Part shown: piece after piece, positions 47,850 through 60,819 of the stretch | Layout of the letters: each line of letters begins with the position of its first letter | Position numbering within the stretch: position 1 is the first letter of the stretch | Translations under genes and position numbers: made by a program | Notes under the pieces: generated by a model | What the model was told of the DNA's origin: nothing | Database searches by the model: none | Seen by the model: only the letters and a program-made list of their open reading frames with translations | Assembly: GCA_034780895.1 (NCBI GenBank) | Contig: JAUZTB010000062.1 | Location: 9,920,045-9,984,044, forward strand | From: Rhynchobatus australiae | Taxonomy: Eukaryota | Length of the DNA stretch: 64,000 bases | Direction: 5' to 3'

Positions 47850-50520
47850 CAAGAAGACCAACTTCGTGTGTCCTACACATATCTTTCAAGATAGGAGGTT
47901 CAGATACCAAAGCAGTTAATAAGGCAGAAGGAATTCTGTGCTTTGTATATGGGGACAAAGAGTATAAATGCCAGGAAGTTGTGCTACAACTCCATGAAAC
48001 ACTAGCTTAGCCCTAGCTCAAACACTGTGTCCAATTTCAAGCACCATAACTTATAAAGAACATGAAGGCTTTGGAGAGGGTATAGATGAGAATTATTAGA
48101 ATAACTTCAGAGATGAGAGATAACAGTTGATTTTGGTTTATTATTTTCATGTGTACTGAAGTACAATGAAAAACTTGTCTTGCATACTGTTCATACAGAT
48201 CAATTCATTGAGGTAGTACAGGGTTAAACAATAACAACACAGAGTAAAGTGTCACAGCTACAGAGGAAGAGCAGTGCAGGTAGACAATAAGGTGCAAAGT
48301 CATAACAAGGTTGATTGTGAGGTCAAGAGTCCACCTTATTGTATAAGGGAACCGTTCAATAGTCTTATAACAGTGGGATAAAAGCTGCCCTTGAGCCCGG
48401 TGGTATGTGTTCTCAGGCATCCTGTATCTTCTGCCTGATGGGAGACGGGAGAGGAGAGAATGTCCCAAGTGGGTGGGGTCTTTGATTATGCTGGCTGCTT
48501 CACCGAGGCAGTGAGAAGTACAGCCAGAGTCCATGGAGGGGATGCTGGTTCCCATGATGTAGTAGGCTTCACAACTCTCTGCAGTTTCTTGCTATATTCC
48601 GGTCAGAACAGTTGCCGTACCAAGCTGTGATGCATCCNNNNNNNNNNNNNNNNNNNNNNNNNNNNNNNNNNNNNNNNNNNNNNNNNNNNNNNNNNNNNNN
48701 NNNNNNNNNNNNNNNNNNNNNNNNNNNNNNNNNNNNNNNNNNNNNNNNNNNNNNNNNNNNNNNNNNNNNNNNNNNNNNNNNNNNNNNNNNNNNNNNNNNN
48801 NNNNNNNNNNNNNNNNNNNNNNNNNNNNNNNNNNNNNNNNNNNNNNNNNNNNNNNNNNNNNNNNNNNNNNNNNNNNNNNNNNNNNNNNNNNNNNNNNNNN
48901 NNNNNNNNNNNNNNNNNNNNNNNNNNTCAAAGGGGACATGCCAAATTTCTTTAGCCTCCTGAGGAAGTAGAGGCACTGGTGAGCTTTCTTGGCCATGGCG
49001 TCTCTATGGTTGTCCTGGATAGGCTACTGGTGATGTTCACTCCTAGGAACTTGAAGCTCTCAATACTCTCAACCTCAGCACCTTTGATGTAGACAGATGT
49101 ATGTATACTGCCCCCCACTTCCAAGTAAATGACCAGCTCTTTTGTTCTACTTACATTGACAGAAACGTTGTTGTCATGACACCATGTCCCTTAGCTCTCT
49201 ATCTCGTTCCTGTACCCCGACTCATCATTATTTGAGATAAGGCCCACGACAGTAGTATTATCTGCAAGCTTGCAGATGGAGTTAGAGCAGAACCTGGCCT
49301 CGCAGTCATGAATATATAGGGAGTAGAGTAGGGGGCTGAGGACGCAGCCTTGTGGGGCACCAGTGTTGAGAATAATCATGCCAGAGGTGTTGTTGCCTAT
49401 CCTCACTGATTGCGGTCTGTTAGTCAGGAAGTCAAGGATCCTGTTGCAGAGGGAGGTATTGAGTACCAGGTCTCAGAGTTTGGTGATGAGTTTGCTTGGA
49501 ATTACGCTATTGAAGGTGGAGCTGCAGTCAATAAACAATAGTCTAACATAAGTGTCTTTACTGTCCAGATGGTCCAGAGATGAATGGTGGGCCAGGGAGA
49601 TGGCATCAACTGTAGACCTATTCTGGTGGTAGGCGAATTGCAGTGGGTCGAGGTTTTCCGGGAGGCTGGAGTTGATGTGTGCCATGACCCGCCTCTCAAA
49701 GTACTTCATGATGGTGGATGTTAGAGCCACAAGTTGGTAGTCATTAAGGCACGTTACCTTGTTTTTCTTAGATGCCAGGATGATAGTGGTCTTCTTAAAA
49801 AAGGTGGGAACCTCAGACTGATGCAGGGAGAGATTAAATATGTCTGCAAATACCCCCTCCAGCTGATCAGCACAATATCTAAGGACACATCCAGAGACAC
49901 CATGTGGGCCAGATGCTTTCCGCGGTTTCACTTCCAGAAGACTGATCTTATGTCCTCAACGGTGACTATGGATTCAGGTGCATTGGAAGCTGTTGGGGTG
50001 GGTGGTAACAAATCAATCCCCTTCTGTTCAAATCGAGCATAGAATGTGTTAAGCTCATTGAGAAGGGGTGCGCTGTTGTTGGTGATGCTGCCCTATTTCG
50101 TCTTGTAGCCTGTTATAGCATGTAAACCCTGCCACAACTGATGGCAGGGTCTGAGACTCGATTTTGGACTAGTATTGTCATTTATTGGAGAAGGTGATCT
50201 CATTTTTCTTGGACCAGGAAATGATAAGAGATTTTATAGAGATATTCAAGAATGCAAAAGACTTTATTCAGGATACATGAAGAGAAATTTCCCAAAGGGA
50301 AAAAAATCTTAGTTGATGTGATGTAAAAGTTTTTATACAACAAATGGTTAGGATTCACAATCTGATAGACTGGTGAAAACAGATTCTATAACTGCTTTTG
50401 AAATGATTTGTAATATGTTCCTGACAGAGAAAAAATTGCAGTGATACATAGAAAGAGCAGGGGAGTAGGACCATCTGGATTGCTTGTCAAAAGAGCTGGA
50501 ACAAACTTCAAGTGCCAAAT
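47850..50520 (+). mobile_element. Old CR1-type LINE 3' part, split by the Rex1 insertion (host pieces about 47850-48130 and 50180-50520)
   Basis: gagtataaatgccaggaagttgtgctacaactccatgaaacactag...ggctttggagagggt...gagatgagagataacagtt resumes as attggagaag...tatagagatattcaaga. Confidence 0.65.
48131..50180 (-). mobile_element. Rex1/Babar-type LINE, about 2 kb, RT domain with few disruptions
   Basis: ORFs 49473..49931 (KASGPHGVSG...LNDYQLVALTSTIMK...LDPLQFAY...RSTVDAI) and 49191..49406 ([22 protein letters not shown]...[17 protein letters not shown]). Confidence 0.93.
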
Positions 50521-50530
50521 NNNNNNNNNN

Positions 50531-50602
50531 CTGGCATTATCGTGTTGAAAAATGCAGCGTCTTCCCTGAAAGAGATGACGTCTAGATGGGAGCATATGTT
50601 GT
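50531..50602 (-). mobile_element. Tc1-family transposase fragment (DDE domain)
   Basis: Translates QHMLPSRRHLFQGRRCIFQHDNA; FQ(Q/H)DNA carries the second catalytic Asp of Tc1 transposases. Abuts an N gap. Confidence 0.75.
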
Positions 50603-52499
50603 TAAATATCACTTTTCTGGCTATGGAAAGTACCACACGTATTTAAAAACATTTTCTGTCCAAATGTATTCTTAATAATGTGGCATTAAGTAGTAAATAT
50701 TTACTTCATAAATATTCAAATTAATTCATCCTTCAAAGAGTTCTGCAAAAATTATGATTTGATCAAAGGACTGTCACTGAGCAACATTTACTTCACTGTT
50801 TGAATTTCTTGAACGACCTACGTAATGTATAACAAAAGGGAAGGGTGAGAAGATTCCCTCTGTGCACCATATATAGCAAAATCATCAGGTCTTTATAGAG
50901 AATGCATTAACAACTTCCATCACGCATTACTCACTGTATAAATCTTCCTCAGTTGGTCTGAGAACATTGTGGAAGTGACTAAATCCTTGAAGGCGGCATT
51001 AGAAAATGTGTTGCAATACAAGAGCACAAACTAATTAAAATATATCTACCTCGTAAGTCTTATTGAATGTCCTTTTCCTATTCTAGTATTTCACATGAGA
51101 ACAATCATTATAGCCTCAACACTTAGAAACGGTATGCAATTATGATAAATTGGATAAATGTGATACAGGTGACTAGGCTAGGCATCATAGCTTAATATAT
51201 TCACAATAATTGCTGTCCAATTAATATGCAAATAAGTAAAATCCAGAATTCTGGATGACTAGAAATCCCCTGATCTAATCATTTTATTCTAGAGTTGACA
51301 TAAAAGATCAGATCGAAAAAGTACCTACCCTTCTGAGGAAATTCCAAATTCTAATTGGGTCGGAAAAACTAGCTCACTTGGAGATACTTTCTTCTTAGTT
51401 ATAATTGTCGTATTAATTAGAATTTTGACAGTGCTTTATTAACATATAGCCTATAATGACTTAAAACAGGCTAGATCACTGTACCTTCGTAAAGATCCTC
51501 ACTACTTCCCTCATTATGACTTGCTAAACACACAATTATGGTTCAAGGTTTTACAGATTGTTGTTAACTGATTCACAGCAATTTCCTGAGAAACCTCTGC
51601 TTCCAGAAAATATTGTGATGGCTTTATATCCTTTCTAATAAAAATGATTACTGAACTGAAAAAAATGTTTCTAAATATTCCCACAGCAGTGAGCACTAAC
51701 GAGACAAAAGGAGGTGAAGTGACAGGATCAACACTGTGCAAATCATGGAGGATATTCTCACAGTTTATGCTGAAGTAATGGATTTGTGGACAGCAGATGA
51801 AGTACAGAGATCTGTGCTGAAACAACTTTTATTATCATTATGGGTCAGAATAAGTTGTTCACATGAATTCAAGTATTGTTGATTTAATGGGTAATGCCAN
51901 NNNNNNNNNNNNNNNNNNNNNNNNNNNNNNATTGGCTTTCTTTCTATCTGTAATGGAACAGATTTTAACTACAAATTGTGAATCCAACAGATTTTGGACA
52001 TTAACAGGAAGAACTCCATGCAAACATGTCAAAGTGATTGTTCCTTGGGAATAGGGCAGCCGCTAAAGAGAATAAAGAATTGATTAAACATTGTGAACTC
52101 GGTAAACTAAAAACATCAAAATGAAACAGCAATCTCCTTTAGTTTTAGCACACATTTACATGGACAGAACCAATGCAAATGATGCAACTGAGCAATGTCC
52201 TTTCATTATCATGAGTTCAATCTGTTTGCACTTGGAGAAGGAATCAGGATTGCAGCATCAAATTGAAGGTCTCCCTATAAGCATGATTCACTGGGGAAGA
52301 TTCCCACAATTTAACAATGGCCCAGTAACCTATTAAGTGGCACGTAATCAACAAGTGCCATGACTGGAATTTATTCTTCACAGTCAGATCATAGTTTTGT
52401 ATTGCTAATTATGAATTATAGCACCATGGAGGCACAAACGGAGTGATCTGGGAACGTGCAGATATCAGGTGCCATGGTCTATCACCTTAACAAATAAAA

Positions 52500-52605
52500 T
52501 TTAAAAACAGACAAAAAAGAGAAAAGGGGAAAAGAGAAGAGAAAAGTAAAGGGAGAGAAAGAGAGATGGTGGATTAAGAGTAAGAGAGGGAAAAAAAGAA
52601 GAAAA
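52500..52605. repeat. GA-rich low-complexity tract
   Basis: Nearly pure purine run on the plus strand. Confidence 0.7.
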
Positions 52606-53894
52606 TGTTAACATTTAAATAACCTCTAAGAACAACTTGCTGCCTGTCGGATACAAGTTCGTGGTTTAATTGTTCCCCTTCTGGTCCACTAAGATTGAGT
52701 TGCTTGTCAGCACCATTAATTATGTCATAATTAGGGTCATTGCTCTACAAATCACCAACCTAAATGGCTGTGGAGTGAATTTGATAGAGGAATTCATCTT
52801 CAGACACAAACATTAAACTTGAGCGAGTGTTTTGGCCAACAGTCATACTTGGTACCTCATGACCAATGTCCTGGGTCAGATACAATGAATGGCCTGAATT
52901 CTTAAATGTATTTGCTATGAAGCAAAATGAAGTTTCTCCTACTTAATTTGTATTAATGACATAAATATCATCATCTCATGACACACACTAGCAAGGGATT
53001 TGAGCATGACAATTTTTTTCTCTACAGTTTCGTAGATGTTGATGTGGCACAAATCTTCCAGATATCTGTAGCGAAATTGAACTCAGGAACAGTTCTCCTC
53101 CACCACAAATTGCAGAGGTATTGGGGTAGATGAATGTGATTTTACAGATTTATAAAAGTGGCCGCTGTGAATGCACTATTACTTTTCCAGCAATCACTAG
53201 ACTGATGCTAGNNNNNNNNNNNNNNNNNNNNNNNNNNNNNNNNNNNNNNNNNNNNNNNNNNNNNNNNNNNNNNNNNNNNNNNNNNNNNNNNNNNNNNNNN
53301 NNNNNNNNNNNCTAGACTGATGCTAGGTGATTTTTTGTTTTGCTCACCAGCAAAGCGAGTCCAGTTCTCTTCCACAGGCCTAAACCAAAAATAATGGCCA
53401 CCAATGAAAATCAATTTCAATGATTTTTCATTTCAGTTTTGCTGCTGGCTATTCTTTTATCTCAAATGAATGTGAATGAAACCAATTACAAAACCTGGAA
53501 TAAAATACATCGTTTTTGTTCTGGTGGTGGAAGATAAATAGGATAAGAAATTAATTATAACATCTCTCATCTCAAATTACCCAAGATTAATATTAGTCTG
53601 CTGAAATTGCTTAATGATTTTCTCCAAAAATAAAGTATAACTCAAAGCCTGAATCACAGGAGAGGTGAAGACAGATGTATTATTGGACAAGACAATCGCA
53701 GTATTGTATTGTTATTTACCATCTCCTGCTTTATATTCTACTGTCAAGTGCTGTCATTCTTCACTATTAACAGCAGACTTGCAATTATTAGTGATCCGGA
53801 GTACTTAAATCACACAGATTAGGAATTAAGCTCAAACATTTCCCGAGCTGCCTCACTGAAGGGTGTAGAAATTAGCCAAGGCTTGACAGGTGAT

Positions 53895-55170
53895 GGAGTC
53901 ACAGAATCATACAACATTGAAATGGGCCAGTTGGCCTACCTCATCCACGGCAACTGTTTTGCCCGTGAACACCAATCCCAGTTGCCTGCATCTTTCTAAG
54001 CCTTGTTTATTCAAGTGCATGTCTAAATGTCTCTTAAACGTAATCACTGTATCTGACCGCAGCATCCCTTCTGGCAGCAGGTTCTACAATATCAATCATT
54101 CTCTGTGTAAACGAAAACTTTAAAACTCCCCTTTAAAATTCCTTCCTCTCACCTTAAACCTGTATCCTCTTTTGAAACCCCTACCACGGGAAAATGATTC
54201 TGACATTCCACCCTACATACTGTATGTCTCTTCATCATGTCACCTCTCAGCCTCCTTCACTCTCAGGAAATCAAGCCAAGCCTATTCAATCTCTCCCCAC
54301 AACTAAAGTTCTCCAGTCCAGGAAACATAGTGGTGAATCTCCTCTGAATTCTCTCCTTCAGTGCGGCAACCACAGCAGCACACTAAGCAATCTCACCAGT
54401 GCTCTCTAAAGTTACAACATGATGTCTCATGCCTGTCACATGCCTTCTTCACCACCCTGTAGAACATGGAACAGCACAGCACAAGAACAAGCCCTTCGGC
54501 GCTCACAATGTCTGTGTCAAACACAATGCCAAATTAAACTAAATCTATTCTGCCTGTACATGATCCATATCCCTCCATTCCCTGTGCACTCATATATCTA
54601 AAAGCCTCATAAACGCAACTACTGTATCTGCTGTGTGCAGCCATCTTGCCACTTTCAGGAAACTATGGAGTTGAACCCAAGGTCCCTCTGTTCATCAACA
54701 TTCCTTACCACCCAACCATTTACTGTATACATCCCATCCTATTTGACTTCCCAAAATACATCACGTCGCACTTGTCAGGATTAAATTCCATCTGCCAATG
54801 CTCTGCCCAACTTTCCATCTGATCAATATCCTGCTTTAGCTTTAGATATCCCTCCTCACTATACACAATACCACCAACTTTCATGTCATCTCCAAATTTA
54901 CCAATCATTTCTCCTAAATTCACAGCAAAGTTGCTTATATATACATCACCAACGGCTTGGGTCCCAGCACTGATCTCTCCGGTACATTAATGGTCACAGA
55001 TCTCCAATCAGAAAAGCATCTTTCCACCACTACCTGCTGCCTTCTATCATCAAGCCAGTCTTGGACTGAATGAATCAACTTACCTTGGATCCCATCTGCC
55101 TTAACCTACAAGACCAGCCTACCATGTAGGATTTTGTCAAATGCCTTACTGAAGTCCATATAGACAAAGG
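53895..55170 (-). mobile_element. CR1-type LINE with a nested younger CR1 tail (54461-54632)
   Basis: ORF 54720..54923 IGKFGDDMKVGG...DIDQMESWAEHWQMEFNPDKCDVMYFG; reverse of VYMDFSKAFDK near 55135-55165. Confidence 0.9.
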
Positions 55171-55879
55171 TTTAGTGCATAAGAATTCTAAGGCATTATC
55201 CCCCGTTTCCACAACTAAAATTCCAATATGTAACTAAAAAGACAGTTTTGATTATATTTTGTATCATTACATTTTTCAACAGTGATGGAGAACAAAGAAG
55301 AATTGTCATTTAAGATTTGGCTGTCCTCACAAAACGCATCAAAAATTATATGAAAAGGGCCACATTGTCTAAAGTGCATTTTCATTCTCTGCGGAAAAGA
55401 ACAGCAACTCTCTGAATACTTTTTCTCCACACGCATTTCCTAGCAGGAGGATAATCATCCTCTTACCTAATTCAACATGATTCCTCATGATCTAAGTGTT
55501 AGAAGAAAGGCCCTTGTTATTTTAATAGAATAAATTGGTCCAATCAGTGGCCAGCTATCCACTCCACTATAAATAGCATGATGAATTCCAATGCTGTTTT
55601 AGTTATAGCGACATCACACCCATTCTAATCAGAGCTTTACCAGCATTGCACCATGCTTGAGCTAAACATAAACACAAGTTGCATGGACAAAAGAATCTTA
55701 ACAACAGCTACCATACTGGAATTTATGGAACAGGATTGGAAGATCTCTAGGTTTTGAATTTCAGTACAGACTAACCTTCACGGTAATGATCAGTTCTATC
55801 ATTTGTAGGCAAACAGACCCATGAATTTCAGAGCATGGCCCATATACAATCTATTTTATTTCGAGGGATTAAAAAATCA

Positions 55880-56135
55880 TCTTGCAATATGTAGCACCTT
55901 TCACAATGGCCCAAAGTATCTCATTGCCAATTAAGAAATGTGGATAGAGTTGAAAAGGAGTGAAGTTGTGATAAATTCACATCAAATGCTGGTGCTGTGT
56001 AGATGCTATGTAATTCTGTGATACTGGTTGAGGGAAAAAATTCAGCTAAAACTCCTCTGTTCTACTTCAAAAAATGACATAGTATATTTAACTGAGAGTA
56101 ATCCTATTTGAAAGAAGGCCCCTGTAAACAATGCA
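55880..56135 (-). mobile_element. DeuSINE-like remnant
   Basis: cttgcaatatgtagcacctttcacaa...tggttgaggga...ctcctctgttctacttcaaaa resembles 20750-21140. Confidence 0.5.
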
Positions 56136-58573
56136 NNNNNNNNNNNNNNNNNNNNNNNNNNNNNNNNNNNNNNNNNNNNNNNNNNNNNNNNNNNNNNNNN
56201 NNNNNNNNNNNNNNNNNNNNNNNNNNNNNNNNNNNNNNNNNNNNNNNNNNNNNNNNNNNNNNNNNNNNNNNNNNNNNNNNNNNNNNNNNNNNNNNNNNNN
56301 NNNNNNNNNNNNNNNNNNNNNNNNNNNNNNNNNNNNNNNNNNNNNNNNNNNNNNNNNNNNNNNNNNNNNNNNCCGTTACTGCACTGAGGCATTACCCCTC
56401 AATTAGTCGCTCAACTGTCTGAAGTATATATTAAACCTCTAACTTGAAAAGTGAAGAACGAAGACCCTAGCAAAAAATAGAAAAGTCGGGTAGAGTATTG
56501 CATTTTAATAATTTTTGTTAATAGCTGTGGAAATCATTTTCTGTAGCTTTATATTGGTAAAAATTCAAGGTATGTCCTGCTCCACTGGAAAAGGTTTTTA
56601 AGAAAATGTAAAATTCTTAGCTTAAATAAGTTTCAAGCAAATTAATGACCATTTCTCAATGTATCCTTAATACTTTGTTGCAAAACTGGTTAAGTAACTA
56701 AGGTTCATTTAAAGCTAAGGAAGAGATCCTTCACATCACTGCTTCTGACAGCAGCTCTGACTCTGGCAACAGCAGCCCTGATTTCGGTGACAGCAGTACG
56801 AGCTGAAAGAGTGAGTATTTCTGCCTAAACAGGAGCTAAGACCTACCAAAGCAGTTTTCGTTTTGTCTGATATGCGAGTAACAGTTACCACGTCTCCCCA
56901 AAATGCTCAATTAGTCTGGACCAGTTACTGGTTTAGAAAGAGACTTCCTGCCTTTTTGAAGGGTTCAGCAGATAGAAAACACAGTTTACTGACTGAAACA
57001 AATGTACGTGACTGGCCTAGAGAATGGGGGCACTCTGTCCCTGGGCAGAAATGCTAAAATAGAAATAGATTCCAATACAGGGACTGGGAGGACCTGTTCA
57101 GCTGTCGCAGCCTAAAGACTGAAGTAGAATAGAANNNNNNNNNNNNNNNNNNNNNNNNNNNNNNNNNNNNNNNNNNNNNNNNNNNNNNGGGAGGATATCA
57201 TGAAGAGGAAAGGAGAATGGTGGCAACAGTGGTTGGTGTGAGGGGGGAGCGGGGAGCGTGATAGAGAAGTGTTGTGGTGGCGATCCATGGGAGCAGGATA
57301 GCTGGTAATGTTTTTTTAGATAGAAGATGAGAGGAACACTCCTGCATTCCTGGCCCCAAATTCAAGAAAGCATTGTTTTAAAATCTGCATGTAGCTTTGG
57401 GTTTAACATGCAGTTCTCTTTTGTATGTGTACCTGGTTTTCCCAGGTATAGGCACTTGCTATTAGGCCAGACCATTGCTACAGTGGGGATCTCAGTCAAA
57501 TTCCTTATATACATTTGCACTGAGCTTCAGGTATTAACACTGCCTTCTGCTCTTTGGGGGACAGGGCACAACAGCTTGTTTTTTAGCCCACTTTATTGGA
57601 GACTTGGGGAACCATTTATCATTAAGCATTATGTGCCCAAGTTCCTAAGCAAGCATCTCTTTGCTACAATTGGCAATGAAAATGGGATACACACGTGGAC
57701 CTCCAGCACATTATGGAAATATTACTTCTTCAAGTGATAAGTTAGATACATCATGTTGTATCCACACAGTATTCAAGAGATGATTGGATCAACCAGAAAT
57801 TACAGTAATATGATCACAAAAGATCCAGTTGCTAATCTGAATGAAGATTGAAGCAATTCATGAATGATGCCATCCTCATTACTGCAGATCACAGGCAAGT
57901 TGAATAATACAGTAAAGGGAGTATTTATACAACTGGTGACAAATATGAGAACTCCTCAACAAACTGTAGCACATCCATTTATATTGTCATTATAGACTTC
58001 ACTGTGATTTGTATTATTTTAGTAGTTATTCATAAAACTTTACAACTTTGGCATTATGTAAGTAATCACTATGCACCACAGAACTTAAATTAAGTTAAAG
58101 ATTGTATTTATTTTTGAGCTGTACAACAGAACCTGTTCATGCCAAATCCATCCACTAAAATGTACTAGACAACAAGAATCATTTCCTGGTTTTCCTTCNN
58201 NNNNNNNNNNNNNNNNNNNNNNNNNNNNNNNNNNNNNNNNNNNNNNNNNNNNNNNNNNNNNNNNNNNNNNNNNNNNNNNNNNNNNNNNNNNNNNNNNNTC
58301 AAACATGATTAACAAAATTGGCCACAAAGGCTAAAGAAAAGCTACTTTCTGAAATGAAGATTCAAACTTTTATTAGTTACATTTCACATCAAGTAATGTT
58401 CTTTGATTTTATAAAAATAGATACCATGACTTCAGAAAATTAATCGCATTTGTTAGCAATTGAATCAAAACTAAAACTAATAAGCAACTAAACTTCGAGA
58501 ACTTCTGTGTTTGCAATTTCAAACTTACTGTAAACTTGTCAAAATTAGGCACCCAGTACAGTCAGCAACGTAC

Positions 58574-58656
58574 CTGAATGTCAGCCAAGAGCTCCTGCTT
58601 GCGTTGTCGGATGTTTTCTAGCTCTATCACTTCTTCTGGAGTCAGGTCCGCGGGCA
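58574..58656 (-). CDS. CYTH1: CYTH1 exon 2 (83 nt), coiled coil: (V)PADLTPEEVIELENIRQRKQELLADIQ
   Basis: Acceptor tttcAG at 58657-58, donor GTACGT at 58573; translation matches the cytohesin N-terminal coiled coil. Confidence 0.95.
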
Positions 58657-60819
58657 CTGAAAGTAAAGACATGAGTACAGTGAGCCGGCGAGATCACTAA
58701 TGCGAGCACAACTGCTGGTTGGCAAACCTCAGCTGTTCTGACCTTCAGTGTCACCTGACCCATGTTTAAACTAGTCAAGAGCTGCTTCACATGCTTCATG
58801 CCTTTCACTTCTCCCTCCCCAAACTGCTATTTAATTATTCAAAACTGCCTGAAGCATTAAGGCAGAACAGAATAATGCCAGAATTTTCCCCTCCTTTGGT
58901 TAATGCATGCATGTTCATGTATATTAAACTGTATCCTAACACGTAACATGCCATTTCCAATTTTTAAGTTAAAGTCTACTAAGTAGACACAAAGATTCCA
59001 CAGTTATAATTGAATCAAATTAACACAGCTATCGATGTGTATAATGAGATTCAGTTTCTAATTTCTATGTCATATTCAGTGCTGCCTTATCAGGCACCGT
59101 AAAGTATGTGGAACAGCATATGAAATTATAATCCAGTAACATCTGTGCTCTATTAAATCAGCACGGATGTAAAATGATAAACAAAACAGCTAAGCTCACA
59201 CCATGATTTCCCACATTATAAGATGCATTATTAATTCAAGATAACTACACACTGTAAAGATAAATGTTGAGATTTACTGCAGTTTCCTATACCTGTATCG
59301 TGTAAAAACAGGATCATGGTATCTTTTAAGTGAAGTCAATATTTTGGACACAGCAATGTAGCATTCAATGACAGAACCTACAACGAAACTTTTCACTGGT
59401 GAGTGCAATTTCTGGCCATTTACTTACCTAAAGGACCATCACATCTCACCAACCAACACTGGTACTCGCAGTGAGTTTTTATGAAGTCTTTTACTTGTGC
59501 ATGAGATCACTCATAGAACTGAGTTCTGGATCCCTCACAGATGTGATAAAACACTGCTTACATCTGTGGCAAATCCACAATATATGCTTCAGGGTACTCT
59601 GCATAAACGAAAGGCTGATGGTAGCTCAAAAATATTTCAGAAAACTGGATCTTTAATGTCGTCGTTTTAAAGGTCCTTTGCCTGAATAATTATCAAGTAA
59701 AATATTCAAGCTATTCATGCCCCAGAACACTTCCCCCCTCACATTCTGAGTGTGGTTCACATTCAGTTTTCCTGTATAGTTATCAGGAGGGTGCAAATAT
59801 CATTGCCCATTTTGTTTCGATTTTATACCATGACCCCAACTTTCCAGTTCCAGAGTAACAATCCACTGCTTGCTCAATCTACTACTTCCAAGAAAATGCA
59901 GCGAGGAACACTTCCCACTGTTACACCCTAACACTCTTCAGAAATATTCACTGAAGTTCCCATAATGACACAGCCTCAACATTAGTGTGATTTTCTGTTT
60001 TCACAGAAAAATGCAGACTAGTTAAAGAAAAAAACCTGATTTATAAATTATTTTCCACAACCATAGGACTCCCGAAGTATTTCAAGCTGTTGTAATGTGC
60101 GTGGGTTTTCATGAAGTCCTTCATTTGTACAAGACTCACAGACATGCATTATGGATTCTCTGCTGTTGCAACAAAATATTTCTTCCATCTACAGCAATCT
60201 ACAATGCACGTTTCAAAAATGCATACGGCAATGTGCCTTCAGTAAACTCCCACGAACAGCCAAGAATTTTTTTTTAAAAAATCGTTAATGGTAAATCATG
60301 ATATTGTTGTATTTTTTTGCAGGATCTATTAATATTCTCAAAACAATAAACACATAATGTTGCAATACTTCTCATGCTTTTGTCCTCAGACATGTAGGAT
60401 ACAACTGAATTGTTTGGATATCCTTGTCCCTGGTTTTACTCTCGGGGTCTGGGACTTGATTAGATAGATAACTTGGCATGGCAAAGGACTTAAAACATTA
60501 GAGAAATACTTGGAGCAGAATTAAGTAAATATTTAAAAATCATAACAAGCCAGTCCATCAGGAGCTTTGAAGCACATTAAAACTCTCAGTCATGCATATA
60601 ACCATTAACATAAGCATTCAGCCCAAAACCAAAAAAAATAGGTCATGGTACTGGCAGTGTGGCCCTAAGGCAAAAAAAATGCCAGAGCACTTTTTAGTAT
60701 AAAAAACAGTATTGAACAATATGGTGTGTGGAAGCTTTGTTAAAATATGACCATGGGTAAAATTACATGCATCTTTTTCCAGAAATATTTTCACTTCAGT
60801 CTGTTTTCATGAGAGTTCA

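Larger units (their letters stand above)
750..58656 (-). other. CYTH1: Cytohesin-1 gene span (exons 2-14 plus 3' UTR; exon 1 not found in window)
   Basis: 13 GT-AG exons of 83, 65, 67, 119, 81, 113, 149, 112, 3, 77, 72, 155 and 79 nt splice in one open frame. Residues diagnostic of CYTH1 among cytohesins: KNMQRNKQVAMG, EVEDSKKP, IPDNKDQ, KKVSSTKKH. The 3' end is estimated from the polyA signal. Confidence 0.95.

Noticed and set aside
50126-50150. 9-bp hairpin accctgcca/tggcagggt
   Set aside because: Lies within Rex1 coding sequence. Short hairpins like this (also near 26370 and 39092) are expected by chance in 64 kb.
53197-53326. ctagactgatgctag repeated on both sides of a 100-N gap, resembling a TSD
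   Set aside because: Most likely a scaffolding overlap artifact; gap content is unknown.
57327-57737. 136-aa ORF with faint resemblance to a Tx1/L1 C-terminal region
   Set aside because: Similarity too weak to support by eye; no splice or motif evidence.
2025-58656. Alternative assignment to CYTH2, CYTH3 or CYTH4
   Set aside because: KNMQRNKQVAMG, EDSKKP, IPDNKDQ and VSSTKKH match CYTH1 rather than the paralogues.
59428-59439. ATG GTC CTT TAG|GTAAGT on the minus strand as a candidate alternative first exon
   Set aside because: In-frame stop and phase 0, while exon 2 needs phase 1. At most a non-coding exon.
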